Assembly (NCBI GenBank): GCA_963674755.2
Contig: CAXXVS010000002.1
Coordinates: 960,001-1,024,000, forward strand
DNA length: 64,000 bases
From: Desulfobacterales bacterium
GTDB taxonomy: Bacteria; Desulfobacterota; Desulfobacteria; Desulfobacterales; UBA5852
Direction: 5' to 3'
A model generated the notes under the pieces. It was not told the DNA's origin and made no database searches. It saw nothing but the letters and a program-made list of their open reading frames with translations. Made by a program: the position numbers and the translations under genes. Shown here piece by piece: positions 60,203-64,000 of the stretch (position 1 is the first letter of the stretch; each line of letters starts with the position of its first letter).

Positions 60203-61087
60203 TTATCTAATATGCTTTGCAATTATTTTCAGTAAAGGCATCTTTTTAATTTCATATTCCCATCGTTTATCGTAAAGAATAGGTCGTCTTTGAAATCTGG
60301 TAGGTGTTCCCCCTATTGAATGCCCTTGCGTACAATCCATATATTTTGAATATTGGTAATTTTCTATTCCTATAAAGTTGATGATCGATGCTATAGAATC
60401 CTTAGGTTCTTTAGTTAATTTTTCATAGGTGATTTCCAATACATTATGTGGATTTATCATTTTTATCATTCTAGAACAAATCAAATTGTATACATATGTA
60501 CTAAAAAAATAAGCAGCTTGTTTATATATATTTTTTTGGCATTTATCCCACTTTAACTTGGAAATGGTTACAGCCTTTATATCGCGCTTTAAATAAATGA
60601 ATTTGATATGATAATTGGTGTTTTTATAGATTTGTACGGCTTGCCACGGGCGTTTTGATGAATCAACTATATAGTTTGATTGGCTTATATAAAAGATCGT
60701 CTTATATAAATCATTTATATTCCTAAGTATACGTTTTTTTCTGCTATTTTTCAGTAATTTTTTAATATAAGCGTCTTTTTTAATAGAAATCAAGTATCTT
60801 ATCGCAAATCTTTTATTAAATTTCCATTCAATTATTGTTTCAAATTGTTTATCGATATTTTTTATATGTTCGTTACTTAAAACGTTTCTCCAGAATTTAC
60901 AATGTCTTAACCTTGCGCCACAGGAACAAGAATAATGCCATGATGCCCCGGTTCCTCGTTCATTATAATAGCCCCCGATATTTTGAAGTTCACCGCAAAA
61001 AAAAACATCGGGTGATCTGGATAGCATATCGCCGAGCAGGGTGGACCCTGATCGCGTGTCACAAATTATATAGACAATCGTTTTCAC
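60203..61087 (-). CDS. Sulfotransferase
   Basis: RSGSTLL (5'-PSB loop), GE, CSCG....C.FW, IVDSSK, L.RD..AV..S (3'-PB), YE.L...P and H.IGG.P.R. Confidence 0.85.
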   Translation of the reverse strand: MKTIVYIICDTRSGSTLLGDMLSRSPDVFFCGELQNIGGYYNERGTGASWHYSCSCGARLRHCKFWRNVLSNEHIKNIDKQFETIIEWKFNKRFAIRYLISIKKDAYIKKLLKNSRKKRILRNINDLYKTIFYISQSNYIVDSSKRPWQAVQIYKNTNYHIKFIYLKRDIKAVTISKLKWDKCQKNIYKQAAYFFSTYVYNLICSRMIKMINPHNVLEITYEKLTKEPKDSIASIINFIGIENYQYSKYMDCTQGHSIGGTPTRFQRRPILYDKRWEYEIKKMPLLKIIAKHIR

Positions 61088-61151
61088 AGGATATTTTTGA
61101 ATTTAGGAGATTTACAAGTAAGATTTTTAAAAGATGACCACAAGGCAGTTT

Positions 61152-62492
61152 TTAACTTATCAGCGGCAGATAACAAAGCGTTTTTCCATAACGCTTTTTC
61201 AAGTATAGCAATACCCAAATATTCCATAATGCCAAGCTTAGTGTGCTTGATATAGCTGCGCCATAAATGCCCAACAACTTAATGAAAAACAAACTAAATA
61301 GAATATTTAAGATGCCTGTAAAAATCATGATATTACGGAAAACAATCTGGTTTCCAGTCATGTTCATAAAATATCCTGTGGACCCGGATGCCGAGCTGAC
61401 GAACTGTCCGATCACCAATAAGACCAGCGCTAAATAAGCTTTTGTAAAATCATTTCCAAATGCAATTGAAATCAAGGGCTTTCCAAATATAATCAAAAAA
61501 AGAAGAACTGGTATAGTGACAAAAAAAATAAGTTTTGAAGATTTTTGGGCTAGTAAAAACAATTCATCAATTCGACCATTAGCATAGAGCTCTGAAAATT
61601 TTGGGGCTGCCATACTGTTAATCGCGTAGAGCGCAAACATCGTTAATGTCGATAATTTTAAAGCAATGGAATAATATCCCACATCAGCTTCATTTCTAAA
61701 TATCCCCAACAAAACGATACCCGTTTGTGAAATGATAAAATGAATTGATGTGGTCATCATCATTGGAGAAGAAATAGCTACAATCTGTCGATAAGATACG
61801 GGGACGAGAACATCATTAATATGTGTTCTCTCTTTAAATCCTATAATTACAACGGCATATCCAATGAGAGCAGTGAGCACCCAGGCCGAAATTTGTGCGT
61901 AAACGGGATTACCCTGGTTATCGTAGGCCAAGGTCAAGCCTGACAGAACCAGAAGCATCGAAACCGAAGGCACGAGCTGCATTAGAGAAAATGCCTTGAT
62001 GATTCCCAAGCCCCGTATAGCTTGTGTGTATAAATCCATCAGAGACCTGAAGACGACAAACCATGCAGCAACTAGAAAAAACAATGATAAATTTGGTTTG
62101 TGATATATATGAATAGCAATGGGATCGGAAAAAAAAGCGATTAGCAAGCTCATACACACGGAGGCTATTATTACAATCGTTTGGGATTTTTTTAATAGCT
62201 TAAAGGCTGATGATGCTGAAAACTTGGAGATATATTCAGGAATCAGTCGTATAATCGAAGTATTCGTACCTACCAAAGAAAAAATTGAAAAAATCATAAA
62301 ACTTGCATTAATAATGGCAAGTGTCCCCAACATAGTGGCGCCGTAACAACGTGAAACAAAAATGCTGACCATCAATGATGCAAATGTTGCTAAAATTTTT
62401 GTTGATAAAGTCCAAAATGATCCTTCCAATATTTCAGAAAAATTTTTATCAGAGAGAAAAACGAAAATTTTTGAGAAAAATATATCATGCAT
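61152..62492 (-). CDS. wzx: Polysaccharide flippase (Wzx-type, MOP superfamily)
   Basis: About 12 TM segments, G...LG, VG.Y..A.KL, APKFSELY, FG.DF..A, G..GAAIS. Start taken at MHDIFF (62492). Confidence 0.8.
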   Translation of the reverse strand: MHDIFFSKIFVFLSDKNFSEILEGSFWTLSTKILATFASLMVSIFVSRCYGATMLGTLAIINASFMIFSIFSLVGTNTSIIRLIPEYISKFSASSAFKLLKKSQTIVIIASVCMSLLIAFFSDPIAIHIYHKPNLSLFFLVAAWFVVFRSLMDLYTQAIRGLGIIKAFSLMQLVPSVSMLLVLSGLTLAYDNQGNPVYAQISAWVLTALIGYAVVIIGFKERTHINDVLVPVSYRQIVAISSPMMMTTSIHFIISQTGIVLLGIFRNEADVGYYSIALKLSTLTMFALYAINSMAAPKFSELYANGRIDELFLLAQKSSKLIFFVTIPVLLFLIIFGKPLISIAFGNDFTKAYLALVLLVIGQFVSSASGSTGYFMNMTGNQIVFRNIMIFTGILNILFSLFFIKLLGIYGAAISSTLSLALWNIWVLLYLKKRYGKTLCYLPLIS

Positions 62493-62526
62493 TATATTAT
62501 AACCATGGCTCAAAGGATGCCGAAAA

Positions 62527-64000
62527 TTAAACATCATCGTCATCTTCAAACTCATCCTCATAGCTGGAAGTTTTCTTCTTATGTTTCATATAAAAATAAT
62601 ATTTTTTGATTTTACCTATAATTTTTTCATCATCAAATTCATTTCGAACTAAATGGGAATGGATCTTGTGTGTACTCCAGAAAATATAATAATCTTCCTT
62701 AAAAACAGGAGACCTTAATTCATCATAAATTATAAACGTCAAAGTATTTCTAAAAAGTTTTTCTTGGCTGTATGTAGAGAGTCTTTGTAAAATATTATTC
62801 TTTATGAATACAATTTCGATTCCATCACTGGTGTCGGTATTGATTTTTTCTAATAAATCTTTGCACTCTAATATGTTATTACAATAAAATGGATTCCGAT
62901 CCAACCCAACTTTTCTCTCTTCTTTTTTATCTACAACAAAATTATGCAATATAAAAAATATTTTACGGTCAATTTTATCAATGGTATAGATAGCAATTTT
63001 GTTTGGTATTTTTACAATAAAATTATTCTTATATAGATCAGTATTTTTATTTTTTTCAATGTATATTCGCTCACCTTTTACCAATTTAATCTGTTCATAA
63101 TAGCCCAGAGCATTGGTCATATCAAGGTGATATTGTCGAACAATTTGGGGATAAAATCGACTGACACTTGTTAATGCTCTACCTACTGAAACAACTCCAT
63201 GCATTGCAACTCTTAGAGAAACTATATATGCAAGTAATAGCCCCCAATTTTGATCTTTCCCATAAATTAAGCGATAGCCGACAATGAGTACTGATAGAGA
63301 AAGCACAAGCGCTGTCCCTATTTGATTAATTAATGTGCTTTCTTCTAGCACTTTCACTCTACCACTAAAGCCATTAATTGAATGTTTAAGTTCTGTTTTT
63401 AAAAAGAAGTTTTTAACTAAATTTTTCTTATCCTTTTTAGTGTGTTTGACATTGAACAAAGAGTCAATAAAATCATTTAGAATTTTATTAGACCTGCCGG
63501 CATAATCTTCAAACAACTTTCCGTAATTTGCGCCTCTTATATTAGATGGGTATTGACAAATAAAAACAAAAACAACCACAATTAATAATGTAACCGTTAA
63601 AACTGGGTCAATAATTATTAACGAAGCAGCACCACCAATTGCGCTCATAAGCTCAGGGATTGAATATCCAAATATTCTGACAAGCATCCCAATTCGCCGA
63701 GCGTCACTCAAAATCCTTTTGTATTCGCCCTTGATAAAATTCTTGTTAATATCCTTTGTCTTATAATTGGGCAGATTGCTAAGAGCACATACCGCTTCAT
63801 TTGCAATTCGCATTTCGAGCTCTTTAGCCAGAGAAATAGAAATAATTTTGGTAAGATATTGAAATACAGAAGCCGACGAGAACAAAAGAAATGTTGCGAT
63901 GATTATGAACCACATTAACAAAATAGATTGCCTAGCAATTAATTCATAATTTAAAAATGATAGTTTCCCTTCGCTTTTCAAGGCATTTGCGTAAAAGTAT
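62527..64000 (-). CDS. Membrane protein with an ABC-exporter transmembrane-like region and no recognisable ATPase (5' partial)
   Basis: Frame is open to the window end. TM pattern with SDARR, DPVLT and WGLLLAY. The hydrophilic C-terminus has no Walker A or LSGGQ motif and ends in an acidic tail. Confidence 0.5.
   Translation of the reverse strand, partial: YFYANALKSEGKLSFLNYELIARQSILLMWFIIIATFLLFSSASVFQYLTKIISISLAKELEMRIANEAVCALSNLPNYKTKDINKNFIKGEYKRILSDARRIGMLVRIFGYSIPELMSAIGGAASLIIIDPVLTVTLLIVVVFVFICQYPSNIRGANYGKLFEDYAGRSNKILNDFIDSLFNVKHTKKDKKNLVKNFFLKTELKHSINGFSGRVKVLEESTLINQIGTALVLSLSVLIVGYRLIYGKDQNWGLLLAYIVSLRVAMHGVVSVGRALTSVSRFYPQIVRQYHLDMTNALGYYEQIKLVKGERIYIEKNKNTDLYKNNFIVKIPNKIAIYTIDKIDRKIFFILHNFVVDKKEERKVGLDRNPFYCNNILECKDLLEKINTDTSDGIEIVFIKNNILQRLSTYSQEKLFRNTLTFIIYDELRSPVFKEDYYIFWSTHKIHSHLVRNEFDDEKIIGKIKKYYFYMKHKKKTSSYEDEFEDDDDV

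Overview
This is a gene-dense chromosomal window from an anaerobic deltaproteobacterium-like organism. Gene content and style suggest Desulfobacterota/Desulfobacterales; that placement is inference. Bases 1-28 kb are GC-rich and mostly housekeeping. They hold recC (5' partial), recX, about 4.6 kb of unrelated genes, recB-recD, fabH, a domain-swapped ADP-forming acyl-CoA ligase, a PHP protein, ispF-uvrB-uvrC, mdh, a TPR / MglA-GTPase / DUF4388-cNMP / PilZ signalling cluster and purC. Bases 28-38 kb are visibly less GC-rich. They carry an orphan ParB-like gene, TetR, a divergent spore-photoproduct-lyase-like radical SAM gene and two hypotheticals. They also carry the most unusual element, a GrpE-like / lid-less Hsp70 / membrane-spanning protein cluster. 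That membrane protein has two degenerate J-domains inside the cell and TPR-like repeats plus a DUF1566 lectin-like domain outside. It is preceded by a sigma54-type promoter and a G10 tract. Bases 38-49.5 kb hold a stand-alone EF-G paralogue, tlyA-dxs-ispA-xseB-xseA, yccA, glmM and a GlmU-like gene. Bases 49.7-64 kb are the distal part of a minus-strand surface-polysaccharide cluster that becomes strongly AT-rich and encodes many decorating enzymes. Two intergenic regions, upstream of the queuosine-precursor transporter and upstream of mdh, look like structured RNAs. I recognised no rRNA, tRNA, CRISPR array, transposase or integrase. All domain calls come from motif recognition by eye, not database searches.
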